From: Azolla caroliniana | Lineage: Eukaryota; Plantae; Polypodiophyta | Reading direction: 5' to 3' | DNA: 64,000 bases | Assembly: GCA_043228905.1 (NCBI GenBank) | Contig: JBHGNT010000010.1 | Coordinates: 20,646,001 to 20,710,000, forward strand | Shown here: in pieces, positions 10,268 through 24,175 of the stretch | How positions within the stretch are numbered: the first letter of the stretch is position 1 | Layout of the letters: every line of letters begins with the position of its first letter | The notes under the pieces: model-generated | What the model saw: the letters and a program-made list of their open reading frames with translations, nothing else | What the model was told of the DNA's origin: nothing | Database searches by the model: none | Translations under genes and position numbers: made by a program

Positions 10268-12987
10268 TCAATATTGGGAACTCTACCATATGCTCATGAG
10301 TAGGGATTGTGCCCTCGCATGGAAGAGGCTACGGGAACCGAGACCACAAACACCCATCGAGGATCCCAATATTTGGCACACATATATTGAGAGACTCTAC
10401 CATGTCCTGAACCAACCACCCATTCCAATGCCCTCCACACCTCGACCTACCATGGGGACACTCTTCACGACCTCTAGGGTCACGAAGGTCATCAAAAAAT
10501 TACAACATAGGAAATCCATGGACCACACAGGATTGTGTGCCGAGCACATCATATATGCTCGAGAGTGCCTAGCCCCCCTTCTCGCTCTAATCTTCAACCA
10601 CGCCCTCGCCGAGGGTTTTCCACCACAATGGGCCATGAACACAGTGGCCCCTATACATAAAGGAGGGGACTCAATGGACCCAAATACATATAGGACCGTT
10701 ATGATAGGTCATACGCTCGCTAAACTATATGGTGCAGTAATGGAAGCGGAGCTCAGTGATTATATGGAAACATTAAGTCTTCGAGCACCTGAGCAAGCTG
10801 GCTTTAGACGAGCCTTCTCCACTATTGACCATATCTTCACACTCAGGTGCTTAATTGACCAGACAAAGGCTCGTAAGAAGAAACTATATTGTTGCTTTGT
10901 GGACTTTCGCAAGGCCTTTGACACGGTTCCTAGGGAAAGGTTGTTTGATAGACTTAAGAGCTTGGAGATACCAGATGACATGATCTGGGCCATTTATGCC
11001 CTATATGAGCAAGTCTCTGGGTGTGTAAGATGCCCAGGTGGCCTATCCGATTGTTTCACTAGCACCATTGGTGTAAAACAGGGTTGCCCCCTATCACCGA
11101 CTCTTTTTGGGATCTACATTGATGAGATCACTGATTTTATTGCTCGTAAGGGAGGCGAGGGAGTAGCTATTGGGGAGACGCAAGTTAGTCTCTTACTCTA
11201 CGCAGACGACATTGTCTTGCTCTCAAAGTCGGAACACGACCTACAAAAGCATCTTAATGCCCTGTATGACTTTTGTACACAACGAGGACTGGTAGTGAAT
11301 TTAGCGAAAACTAAAGTCCTTATCTTTCATACATCGTCCCGAGTTAGGAGTCAATGTCACCTAATCCTCTCTCATAAACCAGTTGAGGTAGTGGGATCGT
11401 ATGTATACTTGGGAGTCCCCTTTAGTGCTCGCTCAGGTAAATTCTCGATGACCCAGGCAGCCAAAGATAGGCTAACGAGAGGGTATGCATCCCTCTCACT
11501 CTTAGAGAGACAATGCCATCAAGCATACTTTCAAGAGCCACGGACTAAGGGATGGCTTTTTGACTCATTAGTGACCCCGTCCCTCATGTATGCATCAGTA
11601 GTATGGGCTCCAGGTTTACCATCTTTCATGTGGACGCAATTAGAGAGACCTTTAGCGACGATGTTATCACGTCAACTCCGAAGCAAATCGACAGTACCAC
11701 ATGACATTATTAGAGCTGAGTTCAGTCTACCCCCGATGTTAGTAGAAGCACTCTTTCAAGTGGTAGTTTTTATTCATCGGATACATAGCCAACCACAAGA
11801 TAGGATATCCCGTCGAGCCTTTGAGGCGTCCCGATCTTTATATGTGTCTGGCGACACTAGCTCTTGGTATAGCATCGTGGTGAGTTGGCTCCGTGCGAAC
11901 GGCATAGACATTAATAACCTACCTCCCCTTAAGTACAACCATGGGACTGATCAAACTTTAATCTCTCACGAAGATCGTAATAAAGTGATACGCCAAGAAA
12001 TATGGCAAATTTACACTCGATACAAATGGATCACCCCACGAGAACCACTCCCATCTAAAATGGTGTACTATAAGGAACACTTCTTGCGCTTCTCTACGCT
12101 AGGCTTTATTACACGACCAAGATATTTAGATACATTCTTATCAAACGCACTAAGGGTGGCCATTGGACAACTTAGGATATCATCTCACCAACTTGAGATT
12201 GAGAATGGTCGGGCTAATAGAGTCCCTAGAGAGGAAAGGTTATGTAGGTTATGCCACATAGAGATAGAGGATGAGTATCACTTCACATGCAAATGCCCAA
12301 CTTATGCCGAGATACGAGCGGAATACCAAGACATACTAGGACCCTCTCCCACCCTCTCCAAACTATTAGATACCCCGAATGTAAAGAGACTAGGTAGATA
12401 TATCTTAGACCTAAAACAACATAGGGAGAATAAATTACAAAGTGCTAACGATAACCCTCTTAGTATTCATCACCATGTAACTAGTGTAATTTTTCAGGAA
12501 CAAGGGGAGACGATGAATGTGGATACACTTACGCCGCTCGGCCTCTCCCTTGAGGAAGCAAAAATGCAAAGAACAACGAAACGCCCTCGAATATTGGGCT
12601 TCAAAACAAGTCAACGTGGAGTAGACAAGATTAAGAAGATAAGGGAACGTGAGCTACGTCGACTAGAAGCTATGGTTGGGGTACCTCTTACATGGGGACC
12701 ACGGGCCACATCCACATCGCAACCCTTTGACCTTCCGCTTCTCTTCGAGAGACTTGGATGGAAATGAAAATAACAATTGTATAACACCATTTTCATTGTA
12801 GTAGAACATGTTTCTATATAAAACATGTTTGTTATTTTTTAGAACTATTTAGCTTAAACTCTATTTTTCATCTTATTTTTATTTTTACTTCGATGAATGG
12901 GTAAATATCCCATTTTTGTTGTAAACCATTTGTCTCATGGGCCAATTTTGGCCTTAGAAGACGTTAATATATCTTTCTTTCTTTCTT
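10264..12987 (+). mobile_element. 5'-truncated copy of the same LINE, inverted relative to 5237-7960
   Basis: The 825-aa ORF 10290-12767 matches the C-terminal part of ORF2. Mirror coordinates sum to 18224. It has its own (TTTC)n tail and a different flank. Confidence 0.93.
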
Positions 12988-13776
12988 CTGGCAAAAGAAA
13001 AGCTGATCAGAAGTGAAAACAGAAAGATCAGAATACAGTAAGAGGGAGTGTGAGATCTGAAAACACAGAGGAAGAGAGTGCGAGAGGGATCGAAACACAA
13101 AGACAGAGGGATACAGAAAGTCAAGGAGGAATCTTGAAGAGTCATCCTTGATCTCAACGGACACCAAAGCCCTCCTATTGTCTATGAAAGAGGCACAAGA
13201 TTATCTTCTCCATTGGTCTTACGCACGACTCACATACTGAACCTTCCTACCTTCTTCTTTGTGCTGCAGAGGAGGTGTGGGTTTAAGTAGGACAGCAAAC
13301 AGTGATATTGAGTGTGGTTGATTCTAATTTAATCTCAAGAAGACGTGCTCAGTACATTCACTGATGCAGATTGCGTTTTTGCTTCCATGAGTATGGTGAT
13401 AACTTGTTTTCACTTGTTTGTTGTAAACATGAAGGTTCTGTGATTCCACCACAATGGTGATGAAATATTCGATATTGACATTGTCATTCAATTTGTAAGA
13501 CTGGTATGCCCTAGGTGCAATAGGGAGTTTTTGTATTTGCATTCCCAATATTTATAATCAGTGGAAATTAAGGGAAAAAGAAAACAAATTGATTTCGTTG
13601 TGTTTGCTTGTCAATTGGCGTTTTGACGGCTCTTTTTCGACATCACCACCTTCTCCTTGCTTGCATATCTGCTGCATTTGGAGGAATAATGACCATCAGG
13701 TTAGTTGGATCCACAGTTTCTACATGCTCCCCATTGATTCTGTTCACGGGTGTAGAAGCTTGTAGGAATCCAAAAT

Positions 13777-14075
13777 AGTGGTCAATCTTGAATTTTCTAC
13801 AATGTGTAGTTTGTTCTGTCGAGCTTGCCTTTCATAAGCATTAGCGGTGTATCATTGAACTGCGGTTAGGTGCACTTCTACTTTCAGATGAAATATGCTC
13901 TGGTCGGCCAACCATTCACAATTCTTCTCTTTAGTGGTCAATCTTGAATTTCCACAATGTGTAGTTTGTTCCATCGAGATTGCCTTTCACAAGCATTGGG
14001 GGTGACATTGAACTGCTGGGGGTTGCACTTCTACTTTCTGATGAAATATGCTCTGCTCGGCCAACCATTCACAAA
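13777..14075. repeat. ~150-bp tandem duplication upstream of the SRP68 CDS
   Basis: tagtggtcaatcttgaattt...ggccaaccattcacaa occurs twice. Confidence 0.85.
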
Positions 14076-14524
14076 TCCCTTAACGGATGCCTTATCATCA
14101 GCTCAAATCTCTTCCTTCAAAGTCATCTGTGCCCAATATAGCAAATAGAGATATAACTGGTGTCTTTCTGCGGTCAACAACCTTAGATCTCTTAATTGAG
14201 GTTTTGTTATAATTTATGATATTAGTAACCCATGTGGGTAACTGAACTAGTGCATTAACTTGTCAACCACCCATTTTTCGGACATTGTCAAAGGTTCTTT
14301 GACCCTTGCTTGTATATAAACGATTTGTGGTTCTAAGTTTATTCTTGGTTTGTGAATCTTTGTTGTTTATTTGTCCTATTTTCAATGATGCGAAAATACA
14401 AAACATTCAAAAAAGAATCCAATATTCACAAAAGAATTTTGAAAGGATGTTCCAACTAGAATTGAGAGTAATGTTGAGACAGATGTCTTCAGAATTCTAA
14501 ATAGTTTGTATGGTTATAAATTAG

Positions 14525-17500
14525 ATGACTGATGCTAGAGAAGCTACAAAAGATGGGAAAGATGCTTCTTCCGACAATATGGACATTGAAGAAAAAGAAA
14601 CAAAATTTGCATTCAATGGTAAAGTCCAAGATGGGATTGCGTTCATCTAATATGTTATGTACTATAGAACTAACACGCCTTCTTATTTTTACTGCTCATC
14701 CATGAAGTCCTTCAACTCATCAAAACAGCGCAAGGTGAACATGGAGTAAAAAATTATGATTATACACGATATAGGTAAGGCTGTTGTTGCCGGAAAATCT
14801 CCTAATTTGCACCTCAATAGGAGTGCTCTTATCACACTTGCATCGCTGGAAAAGTTTCATAATGCTTGCACTTGTAAATCTAGTTAGAAATCTTGTCACA
14901 ACCAGGGATTATATCTATATGGTGTTTGATGTTGTTGAACACTAGGAGGTATTGCACTGCTCGGCTAAGAAGACTATACAAGTCACTCAAATTTACTCAT
15001 GGACGTGGTCGATATGTAAAAAGGCCAATTACAGTGCCAAATGCAAATGATGTGAGGTGATATAATAATTACATTAGAAACTTTCTGTGAGATGTACAAC
15101 TTTCATTCTTTTTTGGCTATTTGAAATGCATAACCGTGGATGCATATATCAGGTTCTTATACATCATTCTTTACTCTGCTGAAAGAGCATGGAGTTATGC
15201 AATGGCTATTAAGCTGGAAGCCAATGAACCCAACTCACGTCGCCGATGCCATCTGATTGCAAGATTGTCAAAAGCTGCCAAATGGGCTGAGCTCTTCTCT
15301 CAAGCTTGTGCTGAGAAAGCTGATTCAAGAACATCCCTTGAGGCTGCGGTATATAATACCTCAACATGAGATCTCTTTCAAGAACATTTCTTGAGGCTGT
15401 GATATATAATAATATCTAGAATAAGCAAGATTTGATCTACTTAGAGGTTCTATTTACTGTAACGGCGCTATTGGAAATAATTTGTCAGGCTTATTCGGCA
15501 AATGTGAAAGGTTGTTATTTGGTTGAGCGAGAACAACACTGGGAGACTGCATTGAGAAACTTCATTAGTGCAAGGTTTGGCTTTCACTCTTCCATATTTG
15601 TGTCGATTCTTTTATGTTCACACTGTGCTTAAAATTGTCATACTTTTTAAGGGCTATTTATGAAGAATTGGGGAAGTATGGAAGTGTGGAGAATCAAGTG
15701 CTTTGTCGTCAAAGAGTGGATGACGAGTTGGAGCCAAACATTCGATATTGCCTGTATAAAATGGGCCGCTCCAACATGAATGAGGCAGAGTTATTGAGCC
15801 TGAGTGCGCAAGGCACTCCTGGAATAGATCTTTTTAAGGAAAAACTTGAGGTAAGGGATGTCCTGCATCAGGTAGACAGAAATGATGTCAACTCTTGAAA
15901 ATAATCTTAATTTTATCACCATTAACTAGTCTTTTTTTGCATTTGAAGATTCCCATTGTTGTATGTTTGAATTTACTAGAAAGTTATGGCTGAAGCACGG
16001 TCTCAGCAAGCAGTTAACATGACTGAGTTGAACTGGGTTGGGCGCAAATTTGTAATTAACAATGCCAAGATTCGCTCTTGTATAGCAAAAGGTAAAACAG
16101 ATTTGATCTCTGTATGATTTCCTAATTTTCATTCGTAAATTGATGTCAATTTTTTAATCCGTTGAGGCTTGATGTTTTTAAAGCATATTCTCTTCATGTT
16201 CTACTAGACCTAAGAAGAGCATGCGCAGAATCAGATTTTCCCATTATTACATGGCATCAATGAGCACAGAAACTTTGCGATATATGTGTCCAAAACTTTC
16301 ATGCAACTGCAGGATTCATACCGTAAGAACCCAGCATCATATTGGGAAGATTTGCAAGTTAACCATGACTTACAAAAGCAAACTCCACAAAAATACGAAA
16401 AACTGCAGCTTGTGGCTCACATTGGTGACATCATGAACTTAGGTATTGCCAGATGTGTTAAATGGCATCCGTAAGTTATTATCTTCTATGCTAAGTGCAA
16501 TACCAATATAGCCCTATTGGAAGGTTTACCTACAAACTACGATGAGTGTGCAGCTCTTGCTGAGCTGCATCCTGAGCTGTCTGTCACATGTGGGAATGTG
16601 AAGGTTCTTGGAAGTTGTGAAGGTCAATTTATGCTCCAACAGTATAATGACTGAACGAATTGTGCTTTTAAAGATCAATAATTTACTTAATGTCAATCAT
16701 ATTTGTGGGGAGAAAAGAAGATTCCTTGTTGCCTGTTTTCTCCATTCATAAGCGGAGAGCATCTTCATCTTCATTAGAAAGTCTCCACTGTTAACTGATT
16801 CAAAGGATCAGCATGCCCAACTTACCAACTTTTAAATGAAAAAAGGAATCAAAGGATCAGTATGAATCCTGATTGGTACTTACAGGCATCTTATCATTAC
16901 CCTATTTTCAGTGTTTCTGAATACTTGTTGTACAATGTATAGTGTACACACAGAATGGCTATTCAACCCCCTTGGATAAATGTAGCTAGCATTAGAGCAG
17001 AACTTTCCTGTATCCATATCCCAAATGCACGAATATTTAGACCACTGACAGTGCCTTGTTTCCTTCTTGCTGACATTGGATATAGGAACCCTAAGCTCGA
17101 CACCTTTCATGCAATTTTCTTTTCTATTACTTTTGTTATAAAGCAAATGGTTGCAGTGATTAGAAAATGAGCCGTGTTAATGTCATGTGTATAACAGGAC
17201 AGCAGTTGGAGAAAGAGCTTGATGCTTCTACAACCTCTTTGTCTTTAGAGAAACGACTTAGTGTATTTGACAAAATTTTCACAGCATATCATGATGCAAG
17301 GCGACATATACGTGAAGACTTGGTAAGTTTCTGAATAACATTCTCTTTGTATAACCTTCTTCAATGGTTTTAAGTTGGTAAATGTTCACAGGTAATGGCG
17401 GGAAGTGCAGAGGACGTGAGAGATAATTTAAATGGCCTGGATAAGGCTGTAAGTTGTATAATACTTCAGAAGACTATTGATCGCAATCTACTTCTGGTCA

Positions 17501-20500
17501 CCATCTCAAAAAATCATATAAGTAAACAACATATAAAGGAAGTGAAGAATGATAAGACAACTAAACCCCAAGAGTTGGTCAGATTGTATGATCTACTTCT
17601 TCAAGTATGCTCAAAACTTCAATTTAGATTCAACCCAAGAATGTTTCCAAGTTTCATCTTCTTTTGATGTATAAAATCAAAACTCTCTAAAATATGACTA
17701 ATGTCATCAGCAACTTTGGACTTGCAGAATTTGTCAGATTTATCAGATCTTGCAATGTCTGGGAAGGAGAAAAACAATGAGGAAGTCATGTTTGCAGCAG
17801 TGTTAGATGCTAAGAAACTTGCTTTTCAAGCTGCAAGGTACACATTTTAGGATATGATTTGACAAATTCATTGGAAGTCACAAAATCAAGTCATATGTTC
17901 TAATGCCTGATATGGATTTGGAAATGAGGAAAGGTAGAACTGAATTCCAACATTCCTTCAGGTTACTTAAGTTTTCATGTCGATAATCATATGAGCACGT
18001 ACTCGTGAGCTGCTTAATGCAAAACGCATTAATAACTCAGTATGAGTCAATTTGAAATAGTGCTGTTGTTCATGGAATCTATTAAAATGCATGGGATTAA
18101 ACTTCAACCAGTTGCCACACTCAATGGCCACACAATTTAGAAACTTAAAATCGATATGATTTGCCCTTGCATTTTAAGGTGCCTTGGACCTTTACTCATA
18201 TGATCATGAGCTTTGAAGATTAGATACAATTTCATATAGATATCATAGACATATTTCATTCTATTCAAGGCATTAACTTCATCTGCTTCCTAATTAAAGT
18301 TGCCTTGTCGTCTGAAGATCACATGTGGAGATCATCAGCTATCCAGACCAAGTATTGCTAATAGGTGTATATTTATTTAGTTGCTTTTGCGGTCTTCGTT
18401 TAGACGGGGGCCTGCTTGTATGTCTTGTAATACAATATTTAGAGACAAATTTATTTGTGTCACGTGAAATTATCTGCTGGTAGGGCTATAACAGGAGGAG
18501 AACTTCTACCGTTGCTACTGACTTGCAATTAGCTGATTAGAATTATACCATGCTTCTCTGTGCATTTTCCGAATGCAAATTGTGTGCATGTATACTTCTG
18601 ATTGAGTTTTTGAGTTACACGGAGATGCCAGAGATCGTATGAGACTTTTGAAGTTATTATGAAGTATACTAATGAACTTAAGCTAGCTGACATCAAGGAA
18701 GCCAAAGGAGAAGGTAAAACAATACACATTTCAAACAAAATCTGGAAGTTTATGGCAGAACTTTCATCTCCACACATCTGATAAAAAACAAACTAGATGT
18801 ATACATATCATGTTTGATCTGTAATGCAGATATTTTTTCGGGAGATTGGTTGTATGTAGGTAGCAGCAACACAAAAAGAAATATATCCTTAGAGCAAAAG
18901 TTCAAGCTTAATGTTGGGAATAGAAAAAGGTTGTACAGATATGTACAGGTAGTAAAAGTATCTTGTGTATCTTTCATGTGGGCCATCATACTAAATTTGT
19001 TCTATGACAGAATGGAAAACCTCAAGGTTTTACATTAGGTTGAATGACCTATGTAAGAATATATGCTCATCTATATCAGTGTGAAGTAATTATTATATAA
19101 AAGTTTTATTACAGATGTTTGTGAATCACTTGAAACAAAGGATCTAAAGTGGAGCAGTAAGTGCTCCAATAGTGTAAACACGTATATTTTCAGTGGTCAT
19201 ATCTCATAAGATTCCCTTGATTTGAGGATTTGTACAAAATCTTTGCGAACTTTGATACAAATTTTGGATGAATATAACCTTTTGCACATGTTGTTTGTTG
19301 GATTCATGTAGCTTTTGCCTGTTCTGCTTAATGTTTGAGCATGTTCACTGTCGCTCTATTACAAAAAGGGCCATGCCATCAAAACTCATTAGCAGTATGG
19401 ATCTTAACACTGATGTTTCTGAGTTTTCATTGCCTAAGATACAACTTTTTCTTGTGTAGTCCCTACTAAATTCTTTAAATTGTAATATACATATGACCGA
19501 ATCTCATCCCATGGGCAGTTTTTTTTAACTCAGAAATTGTTGTTTCCCATCTACTAAGCAATGTCGACATGTTTGTTGGCTTTACAGGTGTTTCTATCTT
19601 GCTCAGTTTTTTTCAGCAGCTGGAAAGCATGCGGAGGCATATCTTCTATTTCACAGAGCTCAGGAGTATGCAAATGTTGCTCTTAATAAGCCAGAGGCAT
19701 CAAATTATGAAGAAGAGGTGACAATCTTAATATTTTGGTTAAGCCACAGTATTCACTACAACTGTATCTTGGTAGCATGGATGCATGGTGTGTTGCTGAT
19801 AATCATGCCTATATGTGTTTCTTGATTTAATTTTACATAGGAGAATCTGACCATGATGTGTTGATTGATACAATTGCATGTATGTGAATGTTTTAAAATC
19901 TATTTGCCATCTGGTTGCAATACTACACATATGTTATCGTGTGGTCATCATGAAACTTCCCACCTACATAAACTCAGGGTAGTGTTATGTGCTATATATT
20001 TTTTAATATATATATTAACATGTCTTGGAACATGGGTCAAGTAAATTTTATTTAGAGCCCATAAAGTGTACTCTTCTCTTTTGAGCAGCCACCTCTTATG
20101 AATGTCTTTGGGAATGAAAAGTCGTTTCCTCTTTTTACTGGAAGCAAGTATTCTTTCAAATGCAAAAACAAAATAGTGCAATCTTTATTGTAACTGAGAA
20201 TTAAAGTAAAACTTGTGTAACATTTTCTTAGGTTGTGCTGGAGTTGAAGAATCTTTCCGAAGAATGTAGAGTCCAGAGTTGTCTCACTCATGCCATGGGT
20301 GTTGCGGACGCATTGAAGCTAGAGAACTCTTTGCAAAAGGGAATTGCTTCAATCTCACTCAGTGAAGATAGTTTAACAAGAAGCAAGGTGAGTTAGAAAT
20401 ATTTTAGATGCTATATAATATGTTGATGCATAGAAAGCTGGATATCATGACTTCTATTTACATATATTTGGTGCATAGAAAGCTGGATATCTCATTGACC

Positions 20501-20712
20501 GGATTGATGAATATGAGTCGGTTGTGGCTACGACTTTGGCACCTGGTTCAAAAGACCCGCCGCATATCACACCAATTCCTCCAATGTTCCAAGCTGTACC
20601 TTGCAGACCTATCGTTCTCGATACTGCCATCAATGCTATTGTCTTCCCATCTCTAGAAGGTCGTGTGAAGAAAGAAGACAAGAAAAAGAGCTTTTTCGGT
20701 TTTTGGCGATGA
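14525..20712 (+). CDS. SRP68: Signal recognition particle subunit SRP68 (multi-exon gene span)
   Basis: Exons with GT-AG introns encode VLQLIKTAQGEHGVKNYDYTRYR, YCTARLRRLYKSLKFTHGRG, LYSAERAWSYAM, ELEPNIRYCLY, KPQELVRLYDLLLQ and the C-terminus PIPPMFQAVPCRPIVLDTA...FFGFWR*. Confidence 0.95.
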
Positions 20713-22519
20713 TGATAATATTAGTAATTTTAGATCCATTGGTTTGACAATTTTGTATGAGATTCACATCAAAGTTATTAAATGTCAATGCAAGTACAAA
20801 AGGCCAGCAAAAAAAATGCTTCTATTAATTGGATGAGAAATTTACAAGCTATAAAATACAATGGAGTCTATGCTTGAAGGATTTCCTATCTCTCAAGTGA
20901 ACTTCCATCAACGTTCCTCTATGATGGCTTCACATAAGCAAATGCTTGTCACAAGCTTGAAGGAGGCTGTTTGATTTTAAAATTATGCAACAACGAAATT
21001 TACTGCATTGATGGTTCTAGATTCTGAAGTTCTACGCCAAATTCTTGAAAACATGGAAATGGGTTGCCTGATGCAAAATAATGTGTTGGAATGTCCTTTG
21101 TTCTGAAAGGGAATTTGATCATGTAAGAATTTATTGTGGGAACTTGATGGTCAATTGTGAACATTATATAGCTTACTAAAGCAAGCAAAACTAAAGGTAC
21201 ATGGAAAAAATGTTATAAACAGTTTTAATGTTAACATTTGTATGCAGAGACGAGACGTATGTGCAACATGTTTGGAAATCAAGTATCGCAAATTTTCTAT
21301 CAACATCATGTAAATCAGCCTAACGTATCAAGAAATGCAAAGCTATGAGCTTTTAAAACTGAATGGTCCACATGTGGAATAAGTGGCCAGTGTATTTTAT
21401 GCATGAGAAAATGCTAAAAAAATATCCTTATTTTTCTTGGTGGTTTAGAACGTTATTAAATGATATGAGGGTGATCATCCACCTATCCAAAGCTTTTGAA
21501 AATGTCCCCTTTATTTATAACCTGAACATAAAATTTATAACTTCAAATGAAATTCAAATAAATCAATTTGGCTCATCATAGGCACATACATGGTTATGGT
21601 TGATGCAATGGATTGGCAATTTCATAAAATGCCCATCTGAAAATTTAGATGAACATCACTTGAGCATGAACGCTTCTAAACCGAGTGTCTTTTTTATCAT
21701 TGTACTCACTCTAAACTTTAATATGGATATATCCTTTGGAATTGCTCATTATTTGTTTTTCCACGACAATCGAGAATCATTTTTATCCCTGTGATAGGTC
21801 GTGATATAAAATTTGGCCTTGCTAATTTTGGATCTAGACCACTCAACCTTTTGATAAGGTGAGCTTGTCCCCTCTATAAGCAAATATTTAACATTTGTTG
21901 ATCCAAGATTCCAAACAATAAACAAATCATATAACAAAAAACATGGTAGTGCTATCTAGTACATAAATCCCTTGTGCAATATTTCCCCCTATAATACTTT
22001 TAGATCCGCATTCACATAGATTCTTCCATACACTCATCATTCTCTAAAGCTAGTAAAAGCCAGGGATAATTATTAACAACGTGATGTCTTTAAATTGTAG
22101 CACTAATAATATTAATAAAATACAAGGGAATTGTTGAAATTGGGGAGTCCTTTAAATCACCTTTATCGACCTCACATATATCAAAATATTTTGAGAGTCT
22201 CATTACATTCCTTAAAATATCTGAAATCCATAACTTACTTCGTTGTCATTAACATGGTGACATATATATTTGTATTGAATAAATGTGCCTAGCTTCAAAT
22301 ATATGATTTATTAATCTATTCCAGTTGCTAAATTGTGACCCATTATACAATGCGACCCACTGACATTTTAGAAGGTAACCCTACTACACAATATCACATT
22401 CTTGCCACCATGAAATGTGTTTTCGTTTACATCTAAGGGATACAAGTGGTTTTGATTAGAAACAACTACAATTTGTTTGCATTTGTGTAGAAACTTGATC
22501 GTTTTTTATCCTTGTAAAT

Positions 22520-23670
22520 GGGAAGTTGCAGGAAAATCATTTTCTCATGCACAAACAAATGCATTTCCGCCAACTACATATCTTTCACAAGAAATGTAGT
22601 TCAAAGAAAAATGGTTTGATAATGAATGTTGTGAAGCTTACAAACGCCTTAGGAGTTTTCATGTATTCAAAAGACAAGGAGAAACATCAAAAGCATTTGC
22701 ATCAATACAATAGACATTTTCAAAGAAAGAAAGATGATGGGAAGTTCTCAAATTTCTCCAAACACAAGAAAGCACATACATATGTTGATTTTTAGAGAGA
22801 CCTAAAAGGGAAACATGATATAAGCAATGATGACTTAATTCTTATGGACTTGTCTATGCATTGTAAGAACTTATGTGAGCAATCAAATGCCGAAAAGATA
22901 ATATGTTATGTTTCTCTTTCATATTCGCCTTCCTTCCTTAGGATTAAGGATGTATACAAAGGGTGTTACAAATTGGCCACCTCAAAGACAGAAGATCTTC
23001 AAGGTATAAATTTTAAAATGCTCAAACAAATGGGAAAGGAAGCAAACACGTGGATAAGCAATATGTTTAGTATGGCATTGCAATATGGCACACCTTATAT
23101 ATAAAGGTGGACATACAAATAATATGAAACTCATGTATGGCAAAACTATTGGATGTATAATAGAAATAAATATAAGTGCATGGGTTGAAAAAATGGTAAG
23201 AGGCTTGATAAGTTGGCTTTCAAAAACCGCATAACATCATTGATAACTTTGTCATTCCTCTACTATTAATAGAAGAAAGTCACTTGAAAGGTAAGGATAT
23301 ATCTTGTTGCTTCATAGACTTCATGAAATCTTTTGATATGATACCTCACGAGCATCTTTAGAGGCGTGTGGAAAAACTTGGGGTACCAAGTGAATATATG
23401 TTTGCCATTTCTCGAACTTATGAGAAGTTTATATTTGATCATGTGCATATGGAATGTAATCTTCATACTTTTGTTTTTACCTAGATGAGGTGGTGTTTTT
23501 GGAAAATATTTAAAAGTTGCACAGAAGCTTATGAGGGCATTGGAAGAGTTTTGTATTCATACTAAGTTGATTGTCAATAGCTCTAAAATGAAAATGTGAA
23601 GAGTGCAAATAAGGATAAACCATGCGTTATGTATGTATGTACAATAATGAGAAACTTGAAACTATAAATA
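22520..23670 (+). mobile_element. Old, heavily degenerate LINE RT fragment
   Basis: KLATSKTEDLQGI, GFQKPHNIIDN and CCFIDFMKSFD-like translated remnants. Confidence 0.75.
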
Positions 23671-24114
23671 TCTCCCTCTCTCTCTCTCTCTATCTAAAAG
23701 CACACAATTATATTAATTGTATGTAAAAGCCATTTGTTACAACACTTCTTAGTCTCCTTTAGCTATAAGGAAGAGGGAGATCTTGTAATGCCACGAGAAA
23801 ACCTGAATATGTAACATCTAGAAATTCCACATAAGAATGCCTTTCAACTTCTTCATATAGGCTTTCTCCCAAATTCCAATGTCTACTATGAAACATGAAA
23901 GCATTGCACATACCAATTGTGTTGTAGTCCCCAATATCATAAAAATTGGAACTATATCTCCAACTCATCATTTTCAACATATTGCGGAAAAAACCCATTG
24001 TTGAGGTCTCAAATACAATGGGTTAAAACTTGCCGAACATCCGATAAGTACTTTCAAATTATAGAAGCTATAGGACATTTAATAAACCTATGTGTACTCT
24101 CTCTATCTCTCTCT

Positions 24115-24169
24115 CTCTTATTTGGTCTTATAGGCCATTTTGGCCTCTTAAAAGACGTTAATACTTCTT

Positions 24170-24175
<6 letters not shown>
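24115..24175 (+). mobile_element. ~60-bp terminal fragment of LINE subfamily A embedded in (CT)n
   Basis: tttggtcttataggccattttggcctcttaaaagacgttaata is near-identical to the reverse complement of 2011-2055. Confidence 0.85.
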
